A model generated the notes under the pieces. The model was not told where the DNA came from. It saw only the letters and a program-made list of their open reading frames with translations, and did no database searches. DNA of 64,000 nucleotides from a virus: positions 1 to 64,000 of the IMG/VR virus record IMGVR_UViG_3300047472_000231. The stretch is one strand, 5' to 3'. The first letter of the stretch is position 1. Each line of letters opens with the position of its first letter. Position numbers and translations under genes: made by a program. This document shows, piece by piece, positions 47,281-56,032 of this stretch.

Positions 47281-47429
47281 GGCGTCTCCTTGCCCTTGTC
47301 GCAGGTGCAGGTCTTGCAGTGCGCGGCTGCCTGGTGTTTGGCCTTGGCAACGTCACGGGCGGCCACGATTGCCGAGTTGATGAGCAGAGTGGCGGCGATG
47401 ATCGCTGTGATGGCGATGGCGGTGGTCAC
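47277..47429 (-). CDS. Small TM peptide
   Basis: GGAGG RBS; hydrophobic N-terminus. Confidence 0.5.
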   Translation of the reverse strand: MTTAIAITAIIAATLLINSAIVAARDVAKAKHQAAAHCKTCTCDKGKETP

Positions 47430-47959
47430 GACACCTCCCCTTCGAGCGCCTTGAGGGTGGCGCAGTGGGCGTAGCCGACTGGCGAGTTGTCGGTGCTGGA
47501 ACCATCGAAAGCGGAGCACTCGGCGCAGATGGTGCCCCGGTCGCGGAATTCGACTGGCCGATGCAGCTGGCGCACGCGCTCGATCGCGGCTTCAGCGCGG
47601 GTCAGGCGGGTCGCGGCAGTTGGCGGCGCGGCAGGCTCCAACCCTCGCCACTTCGCTCGATGAAGCCATCCGCGAACCGTAGAGACGGGGACACCGCGCC
47701 TTTCGGCGATGACTCCTGCTGCGTTCCTCACACCCTCTCTACGGAGGGCGTCACATTCATGCACCACGGATACAAGGTTCAGCAGTGCGTTGAAACTGCG
47801 GGCTTGGCCAGCACCCGCTTCTGGGTTGAGGTCGGGGCGCAGTCTGCGAACGACGTCTTCGGGCGATTCGGTCCGCTCGCGCGGGCACCGGATCGGCGTA
47901 CCCCAGCCGTCGGTGTGGACTTCGCCGCCGCACTCCGGGCGCGGGCAGGGGGCGCTCAT
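47426..47959 (-). CDS. HTH-containing protein
   Basis: AGVIAERRGVPVSTVRGWLHRAK HTH; Cys motifs. Confidence 0.6.
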   Translation of the reverse strand: MSAPCPRPECGGEVHTDGWGTPIRCPRERTESPEDVVRRLRPDLNPEAGAGQARSFNALLNLVSVVHECDALRREGVRNAAGVIAERRGVPVSTVRGWLHRAKWRGLEPAAPPTAATRLTRAEAAIERVRQLHRPVEFRDRGTICAECSAFDGSSTDNSPVGYAHCATLKALEGEVS

Positions 47960-48181
47960 CGCGAACTCCGGGCGGCAGATGTGTAGTCGACGCGCATCTC
48001 GGCGGGCTGCGCGAGCGCGACGAACGCGAAGAGGACAGCTAGCGCTGTGGTGATAGCGGTCATGACGCTCCTGTGCGGGTGCGTGTGCGGGTTGGCGCGG
48101 GATTTGAGCGGCAGGGGTGCAGACCCGCACGGCCACACCCCTGCCACAGGCCCTCTGAGCAAAGAACCCACTCACACGATA

Positions 48182-48228
48182 CCTGCGATTCGTAGGTGAA
48201 TGGCGGGTCTAGGACTACGATTCCAAGG
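48182..48228 (+). promoter_or_regulatory. Late-gene palindromic sites in the divergent glyco/lysis promoter region
   Basis: CCTGCGATTCGTAGG (48182) and ACTACGATTCCAAGG (48214). Confidence 0.6.
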
Positions 48229-48254
48229 TAAAGGCTCGTCGTGAGGAGACCCGC

Positions 48255-49067
48255 ATGGCCACACAGCACAGACAGCTCGGCCGCCACGTCGAACACGACC
48301 CCCGCAGCCTCCAGTTCGCCCACGGCGTCCTACCGAAGACCGCCATCAAGACGGTCGACTGGACCCGCAGGGCGCCGATCTTCGACCAAGGCCAACTCGG
48401 CAGCTGCACCGGAAACGCTGCGGCCGGACTCCTCGGGACCGACAGCGCAGCCCGCACCGGCCTCACCTCGGCGACGATCGGCGACAGCGTCGTCCCCGTC
48501 GACGAAAACCTCGCGGTGAAGGTGTACGAGCTGGCCACGCAACTGGACGGCATCAAGGGCACCTACCCGCCCGACGACACTGGTTCGTCCGGCATAGGCG
48601 CGGCGAAGGCCCTGAAGAAACTCGGCCTCGCCGTCTCCTATACGCACGCGTTCAGCCTCGACGCCCTCAAGTCCGCCCTACAGACAGGCCCGGTCATGGT
48701 CGGCACGGTCTGGCTGGAGTCGATGTTCGACCCCGACCCGACAACCGGGTTCGTGAAGGTCGACCGCAAGAGCCAGGTCGCCGGCGGCCACGAGTACGTG
48801 CTCTCCGCCTACGACGCCACCCGGCAGGCGTTCCGCATCGACAACAGCTGGGGCGACTCCTGGGGTGTACGCGGGTCCGCCTGGTTCCAGGAGTCGGACG
48901 TCCAGTGGCTCCTCTCCCAGCAAGGCGACGTCACCGTCCCCGCCTGGGTCACCGCACCGGCACCCACCCCTCCTCCATCGCCCGCTCCTGCTCCGGATCC
49001 TCGACTGGTTGAGGTCGTGGCTCTGATGCAGGCGTGGGCGCGCGACAACCACGTGACGGGAGCCTGA
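48255..49067 (+). CDS. C1 (papain-like) cysteine peptidase
   Basis: DQGQLGSCTG, GGHEY, DNSWGDSWG catalytic motifs. Confidence 0.88.
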   Translation: MATQHRQLGRHVEHDPRSLQFAHGVLPKTAIKTVDWTRRAPIFDQGQLGSCTGNAAAGLLGTDSAARTGLTSATIGDSVVPVDENLAVKVYELATQLDGIKGTYPPDDTGSSGIGAAKALKKLGLAVSYTHAFSLDALKSALQTGPVMVGTVWLESMFDPDPTTGFVKVDRKSQVAGGHEYVLSAYDATRQAFRIDNSWGDSWGVRGSAWFQESDVQWLLSQQGDVTVPAWVTAPAPTPPPSPAPAPDPRLVEVVALMQAWARDNHVTGA

Positions 49068-49069
49068 CC

Positions 49070-49966
49070 ATGCCTGAGCTCTGGATGCCGGGCGCGACCC
49101 GGCTCGATATAGGCGACCACGCCGCAACCGACGGCGGCCCCGCGAAAGCGATCGCGCACATCACGTGGGACAAGAACGCGACCGCCGCGAAGCCGATCGA
49201 CCTGGTGCCCTACGAGAACCTGCGCGCCTACTTCTCCGAGGGCGGCAAGACCGTCGCCCCGCACATTCTCTGGGACCCGTTCGGCGGCAGGTTCACGCAG
49301 TTCGTGCCCGCCAACTCCCGCTCGAAGAGCCTGGTCGACCTGGCCGGCGGAACCCGGACCAACCGGGCGGGCTCCGTCGTCATCCAGATCGAGGCGCTCT
49401 TCTTCCCCTACTGCCGCGTCGGGAAGGCCGTGTACCCGAGGCTCGCGGACACCCCGTGCAAGGGCTGGGACGAGCTGCACGCCTGGGTGAAGAGCTGGGG
49501 CGTGCCGGACGCGTGGCCCAACGGCAGGCCGGAGAACTGCACGCGCGACGAGCACACGTGGGAGACCAAGGCGGGCTACTACCCGCACAAGGGCACCCCC
49601 GAGAACACGCACGACGACCCGCTGACCTGGCCCGCGTTCCCGACCGTTGCGCCGCCCGTAACGCCTCCCGCCGCCAAGCCCAAGGTCTCGCTGGCGCACG
49701 TCATCTACGCCGCCCGCCACGACCCGGCCGCAGCGCAGGGCCACACCACCTACCGGGCCGAAGTCCTCCTCGTCGAGAAGGCGCTGCACGCCGAGGGCCT
49801 CCTGGCGACGCAGTACGTCGACGGCAGTTTCGGCACGAGGACCATCTCGGCCTACGCCGCCCTCCAGCGCCGCTACGGCTACTCCGGAGCTGCCGCCGAC
49901 GGCATCCCCGGCAAGGCCTCCCTGTCGAAGCTCGGCAACGCCCACGGCTTCATCGTCACCGACTGA
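49070..49966 (+). CDS. Endolysin (amidase-like domain plus peptidoglycan-binding domain)
   Basis: AHIT...PHILWDP...IQIE...HKGTPENTHDDP; DGSFGTRT...ADGIPGK. Confidence 0.85.
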   Translation: MPELWMPGATRLDIGDHAATDGGPAKAIAHITWDKNATAAKPIDLVPYENLRAYFSEGGKTVAPHILWDPFGGRFTQFVPANSRSKSLVDLAGGTRTNRAGSVVIQIEALFFPYCRVGKAVYPRLADTPCKGWDELHAWVKSWGVPDAWPNGRPENCTRDEHTWETKAGYYPHKGTPENTHDDPLTWPAFPTVAPPVTPPAAKPKVSLAHVIYAARHDPAAAQGHTTYRAEVLLVEKALHAEGLLATQYVDGSFGTRTISAYAALQRRYGYSGAAADGIPGKASLSKLGNAHGFIVTD

Positions 49967-49986
49967 CCCAACCCCGAAGGAACGCC

Positions 49987-50316
49987 ATGACCGTCAACCT
50001 CGACTCGGCCTACTGGCTGGGCCTCGTCATATCCGTCGTCCTGCCCGTCCTCGTCGGCCTCGTCACCACCCGCGTCACCTCGCCTGGCGTCAAGTCGGTG
50101 CTCCTGCTCGCGCTCAGCACTGCGAACGGCTTCCTGGTCGAGCTCGCTGGTCCGCATGACGCCGGGTACAGCGTGCAGACCGCGGCGGTGCTCTCCCTCG
50201 TCTCCTTCGCGGTCGGCGTGCTCTCGCACTTCGGCCTGCTCAAGCCGACCGGGATCAGCGGCAAGGCGCAGGACAGCCTCGTCACCGCCCGCCCGCGCAC
50301 CACTCAGGGCGTCTGA
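49987..50316 (+). CDS. Holin
   Basis: Three TM helices directly after the endolysin. Confidence 0.75.
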   Translation: MTVNLDSAYWLGLVISVVLPVLVGLVTTRVTSPGVKSVLLLALSTANGFLVELAGPHDAGYSVQTAAVLSLVSFAVGVLSHFGLLKPTGISGKAQDSLVTARPRTTQGV

Positions 50317-50331
50317 ACGTAGGAGCTCCAC

Positions 50332-50679
50332 GTGGCCGACGAGCCGACACTCGGCGAGGTCGCCAGACGCCTCGAGGCCATCCATGCCGACCTCAAAGAG
50401 GATCTCCGGGAGTACGGGGCCCGGCTCGACAAGAAGGTCAGCGTCGAGCGGTACGAGCTCGAGCGGCGTGCCGCCGACGAAGTGCACCGGCAAGTGATCG
50501 AGCGGGTCGCAGCCATCGAAGCGGGCCGCCTCCAAGAGCAGCGAGAAGCCGAAGCGGACCGGCGGAAACGGCAGGACGAGCGGCGCTCCGACAGGAGGCT
50601 CGTGTTCTCCTGCCTCGCAGCGCCGGTCCTCCTCCTGCTACTGCAGGCGTATTTGGCGGCGAGAGGAGCAGGTTCGTGA
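50332..50679 (+). CDS. Coiled-coil protein with C-terminal TM helix
   Basis: EPTLGEV...; part of the lysis cassette. Confidence 0.7.
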   Translation: MADEPTLGEVARRLEAIHADLKEDLREYGARLDKKVSVERYELERRAADEVHRQVIERVAAIEAGRLQEQREAEADRRKRQDERRSDRRLVFSCLAAPVLLLLLQAYLAARGAGS

Positions 50680-51281
50680 AGGGCCACCGGAGTCGAGAAC
50701 AGATACAGCACCGCCGGGACATCACCTACGGCGTACTCGTCCTGGCCGGGGTCGTCCTGTTCACGCTGCTCGTTCTCTGGCTGCAGGAACTCAACCACAA
50801 CCTGCGGACCGCCAACGACGCCCGCGACGCGTTGGCGCGGCAGGTGCAGCAGCTGGGGCACAAGCCGGTGGGCGGACCGCCAGGCAGCCGAGGCGAGCCG
50901 GGCAAGAGCATCGTCGGCCCCCAGGGACCGAAAGGCGACACCGGCGAGCCCGGACCCGTCGGCCCGATCGGACCCTCCGGCGCGCCAGGAAAGAACGGCA
51001 TCAACGGCAGCAACGGCGTCGGAACGCCCGGAATCGCAGGCGCCAACGGAGCCGCCGGCCAGCAAGGAGCCCGCGGCGAAACCGGAGCCACCGGACCGCA
51101 AGGCCCACAAGGCGACACCGGGCCGGCAGGACCGCAAGGCGACAAGGGCGAGAAGGGCGATCCCGGGCCGGCATGCCCCGACGGCTACAGTCTCCAGACG
51201 CCCGCCTACGACCCGGACGCCCTCGTCTGCCGCAAGGACGGCGCACCGCAGCCCTCAGAGAAGAAGGGCCTACTCGGCTAG
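50676..51281 (+). CDS. Membrane-anchored collagen-like protein
   Basis: TM helix, coiled coil, Gly-X-Y run, CPDGY...LVC. Confidence 0.8.
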   Translation: MKGHRSREQIQHRRDITYGVLVLAGVVLFTLLVLWLQELNHNLRTANDARDALARQVQQLGHKPVGGPPGSRGEPGKSIVGPQGPKGDTGEPGPVGPIGPSGAPGKNGINGSNGVGTPGIAGANGAAGQQGARGETGATGPQGPQGDTGPAGPQGDKGEKGDPGPACPDGYSLQTPAYDPDALVCRKDGAPQPSEKKGLLG

Positions 51282-51436
51282 GAGCCGCCATGGACGAAGA
51301 CCCTCCGCCGTTCTGGCTGTCGCCGCGGCCGTTCCTCGAACCCGACCTGCCGCCCCCGCCCGACGACGAGACCGAGTGACGACGCCCCTGCAGCTTCGGC
51401 TGTGGGGGCGCTTCTCCTTGCCCGGTCGCAGCGGGA

Positions 51437-51465
51437 CTAGCGCATAACGTTCCCTTATGCGCTAG
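51437..51465. other. dif/lox-like recombination site
   Basis: Perfect 11-bp arms CTAGCGCATAA/TTATGCGCTAG around the asymmetric spacer CGTTCCC; upstream of the recombinase operon. Confidence 0.7.
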
Positions 51466-51474
51466 AATTTGACT

Positions 51475-51906
51475 ATGCCTCAGCCCCTTGGAGACGCCGC
51501 CAAGCAGGCGTCAGATGTAGCTCCGGTCGAGTTCCTGTACGGCATCGAGGCCGAACACGGATCCGGACCCGACTGGGTACCGACGCGCGTCGTGAAGTTC
51601 CGCGTTACCAAGAAGACCGCACGTCGCATCTACTACCTCCCGCGAGAGTGGCGAGACGAGCAGCGCTTCGTGGACAGGCTCACGCTGGAGCGAGATGGCC
51701 AGGTCACCCGGAAGTCCGGCGGATGGTGGGAGTCCGACCTCACGGTGTACCTCGACCCGCCCGTCATTGAGCAGACGCAGAGCCCCGACCTGATTGAGCT
51801 GAAGGCGGCCATGGCCGCAGCGCATCCCGACCGAGGCGGAACTGATGAGGCGTTCATCGCTGCGCGCCAACGGTACGACCGCGCGCGAACGGCGTTGAGC
51901 GCGTGA
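51475..51906 (+). CDS. Protein with C-terminal J-domain-like HPD motif
   Basis: LKAAMAAAHPDRGGTDEAFIAARQRYD. Confidence 0.65.
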   Translation: MPQPLGDAAKQASDVAPVEFLYGIEAEHGSGPDWVPTRVVKFRVTKKTARRIYYLPREWRDEQRFVDRLTLERDGQVTRKSGGWWESDLTVYLDPPVIEQTQSPDLIELKAAMAAAHPDRGGTDEAFIAARQRYDRARTALSA

Positions 51907-52178
51907 CCGAGCCCTACGACCCGCTGCCAGATCTCATCGACCGCGCCGAGAAGCGCCCCGACGGCATAGGGCAACTCAAGGACCTCGCCCGACTCGCTCT
52001 CCACTGGCACCGGGCTGAACTCGGCTGGGCGACCGACGGTGTCACGAAGGACCCAGAGACCGGAGAGCTGATGTACACGCTGTCCACTGGCTGCGCCTGC
52101 GGGTCTGGAGAGTTCCCCTGCCGCGCACGACGCCAGATCACGGCCATCTTCGGCGTGGAAGAGAAGGAACGCCGGTGA
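51903..52178 (+). CDS. Small Cys-containing hypothetical protein
   Basis: GTGA coupling. Confidence 0.6.
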   Translation: MTEPYDPLPDLIDRAEKRPDGIGQLKDLARLALHWHRAELGWATDGVTKDPETGELMYTLSTGCACGSGEFPCRARRQITAIFGVEEKERR

Positions 52179-53317
52179 CCGCCCACCTCCCCACCCAGTC
52201 GGCCGGGCAGTCGATCGCGCTGCCCGGCTCGGACCTGTTCGAAGAAGTCCGCCGCAAGCTCGTCGACGACCTCGGCATGGTGCAGGTCGACCGGCGCGGC
52301 CAAGAGCGCATCTACCGGCCCCGCGCCGAACTCGTCGCCGAAGCCGTCACCCCCGAGACGTTCGTCATGGTCATGGACTGGCTGTCCTCCACCCGGCGCG
52401 GCAGCCTCCAGACCAAACGCAACTACGTCGACGACATCCGCCGCGTCTGGGGCGGCTACGCGCAAGAACTGGGCCACGAGCGGTTCTTCCTCGGCTGCTT
52501 CACTGCCGACCACATCCGCGCCTGGCGCCTCCGCATGGAAGGCCGCGGGAACCCGCCGACGACGATCGCCCGCTACCTCAACGCGCTCTCCTCGCTCCAC
52601 ACCTACGCCGCCGAAAAGATCGACCTCCCCAAGAACCCCGTCACCCAAGACGACCGACCCAAAGTCGACAAGGGCAACACCTCCCGCAGCACCCCCGTAC
52701 TGGAGGTCGAGGAGATCCAAGCCGTCGCCAACGCCGCAGAGAACGAGTTCGACGCCCTCGTCGTCCTCCTCCTCTACACCCTCGCCGGACGCGTCACCGA
52801 AATGGTCGCCGCCGACGTCGACAAGAGGATCGAACGCGGACGCCGCTCCTACCTCGACGTCACCCGCAAAGAACACAAGGAACGCATCCTCCCGCTCCCC
52901 GTCACCGTCGCCGAACTCCTCGACGCCCACACGGTCGGCCGCACCGAAGGCCCGCTCCTCCTCGACGCCGACGGCCGCCGGCTCGACCGGCACGACGTCG
53001 CCCGACTCCTCACCCGCCTCGGCCGCAAAGCCCGCGTCCTCACCTGCCCGGCCGTCGACAAGCCGGGGCACGCCTTCACCCGGTGCAAAATCTGCCGGAA
53101 GCTCACCCCCCACGTCCTCCGCGCCAGCCGAATCACCCACATGCTCGACGCCGGCGAACCCCTCGCCGAAGTCCAAGCCTTCGCCGACCACGACAACCCC
53201 GCCACCACCGTCGGCTACTGGAACCGCCGCAAGAAGGGCGAGCGGAACGCCGCCCACGTCGACGCAGCCGAAGCCCTGTTCGCCGGGATCACCGACCGCT
53301 TTCGCCCGATCGCCTGA
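52175..53317 (+). CDS. Xer-like tyrosine recombinase (resolvase)
   Basis: TIARYLNALSS; AGRVTE (R), TRK (K), PHVLRAS (HxxR), ADH, TTVGY (Y); no obvious arm-binding domain. Confidence 0.88.
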   Translation: MTAHLPTQSAGQSIALPGSDLFEEVRRKLVDDLGMVQVDRRGQERIYRPRAELVAEAVTPETFVMVMDWLSSTRRGSLQTKRNYVDDIRRVWGGYAQELGHERFFLGCFTADHIRAWRLRMEGRGNPPTTIARYLNALSSLHTYAAEKIDLPKNPVTQDDRPKVDKGNTSRSTPVLEVEEIQAVANAAENEFDALVVLLLYTLAGRVTEMVAADVDKRIERGRRSYLDVTRKEHKERILPLPVTVAELLDAHTVGRTEGPLLLDADGRRLDRHDVARLLTRLGRKARVLTCPAVDKPGHAFTRCKICRKLTPHVLRASRITHMLDAGEPLAEVQAFADHDNPATTVGYWNRRKKGERNAAHVDAAEALFAGITDRFRPIA

Positions 53318-53325
53318 ACAAGCGA

Positions 53326-53357
53326 ACGCCCCCGCAGTCGTCGGGCTGCGGGGGCGT
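53326..53357 (+). terminator. Intrinsic terminator
   Basis: ACGCCCCCGCAG...CTGCGGGGGCGT. Confidence 0.65.
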
Positions 53358-53547
53358 GCATTGTTTGGTGCGGCCCGCCGGGCGGGTTTTCCCGCGCCCG
53401 TGTCGCTGCGAACGACCGCGGGCCGCCCGGACACGCTAAGCGGAATGTGGCCGTCCTGCCAGAGACCGGCGTCACATTTGCCTCGCGCTCGCCTCGCACC
53501 CCCATCAGGCGGGCGCTCGTGCGTCGGCCCTCGACTTGCCCCATAAT

Positions 53548-53563
53548 TCGAACGCGCGCTCTA
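53548..53563 (+). promoter_or_regulatory. Degenerate actinobacterial SOS box
   Basis: TCGAAC-GCGC-GCTCTA versus consensus TCGAAC-N4-GTTCGA; overlaps the promoter of the LexA-like gene. Confidence 0.5.
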
Positions 53564-53571
53564 ATCGACCC

Positions 53572-53796
53572 ATGGGCCACTACAAGGTGCCGCACCTCAC
53601 CGAAACCCAGGAGCGGATCCTCCGCTGCATCCGCCAGGCCATCGCCGACCGCGGCGAGGCGCCGACCGTGCAGGAGATCGGGGATCGGGTCGGCATGCGC
53701 AGCCGCGCCTCCGTGCACTACCAGCTGGGGGAACTGGAGACGAAGGGCGCGATCCGCCGCGAGCGCGGCCGACGCCGCGGGATCCGGCTGGCGTGA
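53572..53796 (+). CDS. LexA DNA-binding-domain-only protein
   Basis: LTETQERIL...GEAPTVQEIGDRVGMRSRASVHYQLGELETKGAIRR; no peptidase domain. Confidence 0.8.
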   Translation: MGHYKVPHLTETQERILRCIRQAIADRGEAPTVQEIGDRVGMRSRASVHYQLGELETKGAIRRERGRRRGIRLA

Positions 53797-54008
53797 TGGA
53801 CGACCAGCGCTATCACCTCACCCTGTCGACCGGCGGCCGGCCCGTCATGCACGGGTGGTGGGGCAAGCGGGCGACGGCTGACGACAAGTTCCGCCGCTGG
53901 ATCGGCGAGCACGGGACCGTCGACGGCGCCCGGGTCGTCCTCGTCGACGAGCAGGAGCAGCTGGTCCTCGCGTCCTGGCCCGACGAGGCGGACGGCCTGC
54001 CAGACTGA
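53796..54008 (+). CDS. Small hypothetical protein
   Basis: Coupled; YHLTL...MHGWW...F..W motif. Confidence 0.65.
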   Translation: MDDQRYHLTLSTGGRPVMHGWWGKRATADDKFRRWIGEHGTVDGARVVLVDEQEQLVLASWPDEADGLPD

Positions 54009-54050
54009 TACCGCCCCCGTCGCAATCCCCCGTCGGCGGGGGCGCCTCGT

Positions 54051-54072
54051 TGTCAGTGGCCGCCCCTAGAGT
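54051..54072 (+). promoter_or_regulatory. PafBC/RecA-NDp-like promoter
   Basis: TGTCAG-N10-TAGAGT. Confidence 0.55.
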
Positions 54073-54157
54073 GGACGTCAACATAACGACTAGCCAGTCG
54101 GGTTGTTGCTGATGCCCCGCCCCGGCGTGATGCACCGGGCGCGGGGCTCGCTGCTAT

Positions 54158-54358
54158 CTAGGCCGCTGTCTCGTACCGCACGAGCGTCTTGAGTCCGAGC
54201 TCGACGTCCATCCGCCGCAGCCCGGACTCCGCCGCGAACGCGCCGACCGCCTCGTGTACGGCGCGCGCCGTGTCCAGGGTCAGCTCGCCACGCTGGATCT
54301 CAGCCCAGGAGGTGCGGGCCAGCGCGATCAGATCTTCAGGAAATTCGATAGATGCCAC
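54158..54358 (-). CDS. Small hypothetical protein
   Basis: ORF convergent on a terminator. Confidence 0.55.
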   Translation of the reverse strand: MASIEFPEDLIALARTSWAEIQRGELTLDTARAVHEAVGAFAAESGLRRMDVELGLKTLVRYETAA

Positions 54359-54367
54359 CGGGAGATC

Positions 54368-54559
54368 CTAGGCGGCGGTGGTCACGTCCCCGCGCTCGAC
54401 CTGCCGCAGCTCGGCCAGCAGCAGCTGATACTCGGCCCGCCGCTCGGCATTGAGCGGCAGCGTGGGGTGTGTGCCCGGCCCCGTCCAGAGCGCACGGATC
54501 CGCGCGTTCAGCTCCGCAGCCGAGCGCGGAGAGCCGTCAGGCGGGGGAGTGGGGGGCAT
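54368..54559 (-). CDS. Small hypothetical protein, probably leaderless
   Basis: RSAAELNARIRALW...YQLLL; TGACAG-N10-TAGGCT just upstream. Confidence 0.65.
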   Translation of the reverse strand: MPPTPPPDGSPRSAAELNARIRALWTGPGTHPTLPLNAERRAEYQLLLAELRQVERGDVTTAA

Positions 54560-54591
54560 GGATCAAGCCTAGCGGCGCCCACTGTCAGCGG

Positions 54592-54852
54592 TCAGCCCTC
54601 TGCAGGCGGCTCGACGATGAACGTCCCCTTGCTGGCCACGGTCTGCGCCAGCCCGCGATCCCGCAGCTCCTGAATGACCCGCCGGGCTGTCCCGTAGGCG
54701 ATCCGGTACTGGTCGGCGAGCTCCCGCTCTCCGGGAAGCCGCGCGCCCGGCTGTAGCTGCCCGGCCTCGATGCGGGCCTGGATGTTGTCGGCGACTTGCA
54801 CGTACACGTACACGGGCGAGTTCGGATCCACCACCGACGCTTGATCATCCAT
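54592..54852 (-). CDS. GntR-family wHTH-only regulator
   Basis: YVQVADNIQARIEAG...LPGERELA...GKGTF-like motif. Confidence 0.85.
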   Translation of the reverse strand: MDDQASVVDPNSPVYVYVQVADNIQARIEAGQLQPGARLPGERELADQYRIAYGTARRVIQELRDRGLAQTVASKGTFIVEPPAEG

Positions 54853-55017
54853 GCCGTCAACGTAGGACGCCATGCACCCCCATGCGTCGACAGGAGGCCG
54901 CATGGTGCTGCATGTGGCGGTATGGAGCAGTGTGTAGCGGTAGCCTGCAATTGCAAGAGCCCCCGAGGCGCAGGCAGCGCACCCCAGGGGCAGTGCCGAC
55001 GAACTGGAGCCGTCGAC

Positions 55018-55254
55018 GTGGACGAGCGTAGAGAACCCCCACCCCCGCCCGTAACCCGGCCGCCGGTCATAACCTCGGTCGCCGGAAACCTCTCCCCTCT
55101 TCAGCAGGCCTACAGTCGCTACGTCACCCACACCACGAACTGCGACGTCTGCCGGGACCTCGACCGCGGGCGGTGCAAGGAGTCCGAGCGGCTGTGGAAC
55201 GCCTACCGGGCGCAGGGGGATGAGGCGTACCAGCGGCTGTCCGAAGAGGCGTGA
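55018..55254 (+). CDS. Small HxxxCxxC protein divergent from the GntR gene
   Basis: LQQAYSRYVTHTTNCDVC...C. Confidence 0.6.
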   Translation: MDERREPPPPPVTRPPVITSVAGNLSPLQQAYSRYVTHTTNCDVCRDLDRGRCKESERLWNAYRAQGDEAYQRLSEEA

Positions 55255-55458
55255 CGGGATCTTGCCCGACAGGCACTAAACGGGCGCTGGCGTTGCCGCC
55301 AAGGTAAGCGCTGGCCACGGCTTGACCTGCGGTTACGGAAACGTGCGGGATACACAAGATGCGCGCAGATATATGCAACCTTCACACTTCCCTTACGACC
55401 TGCCGTGCTGTTGACTCGGACTCAAGTCGCAACGGAACAACTCCTTCCGGGCGTCCCC

Positions 55459-55710
55459 CTAGCCGTGGAAGAGGTCAGTGACGTGCACCCGCAGGGCGTG
55501 AGCAATGAGCAGCAGATCCGAATACTGCGGGTCCCGCACCGCGTTCTCGTAGCGCTGGATCGACCGCCGCTCCAAGCCGGCGAGGTGGGCGAGCTGCTCC
55601 TGCGATAACTCCGCCTGCCGTCGCAGATCGGCGATGCGGTGGCCGAGGGCTCTTCGGCGGTCGAGGACCCAGTCGGGTCGGGGATTGCGGCGGGCTGGCA
55701 CCCGGGACAC
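55459..55710 (-). CDS. XRE-family HTH protein
   Basis: LRRQAELSQEQLAHLAGLERRSIQRYE. Confidence 0.85.
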   Translation of the reverse strand: MSRVPARRNPRPDWVLDRRRALGHRIADLRRQAELSQEQLAHLAGLERRSIQRYENAVRDPQYSDLLLIAHALRVHVTDLFHG

Positions 55711-55909
55711 GCTTCGGCGTCAACGATCTTGTGTCAGTACCCAAATGGTCGCCACTTGAGAAAGATGGGAATCCGTGCGACGGACCGTCAGCCTCCCCGC
55801 GTAGAGCAGATGCGGGAGCCGCTCCATGGGGGCGGCACCTCGACGACACAGCGTGCAAGCCCTGCGACGCTCTGGCATATGCCGCAGGGCTCCAGGTAGT
55901 GTCTTGGAA

Positions 55910-55925
55910 TCGAACGCCCGTTCGC
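55910..55925 (+). promoter_or_regulatory. Actinobacterial SOS (LexA) box
   Basis: TCGAAC-GCCC-GTTCGC. Confidence 0.6.
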
Positions 55926-56032
55926 TCGATCGGGTGAACAACGCCCAACCCGCGCTTCCCGCTGGCCTCAGCGGGAACTAGCGCAAGACCCCCAGCACCC
56001 CCTACACACGCACCCTCTGCGGGAGACGCTCC

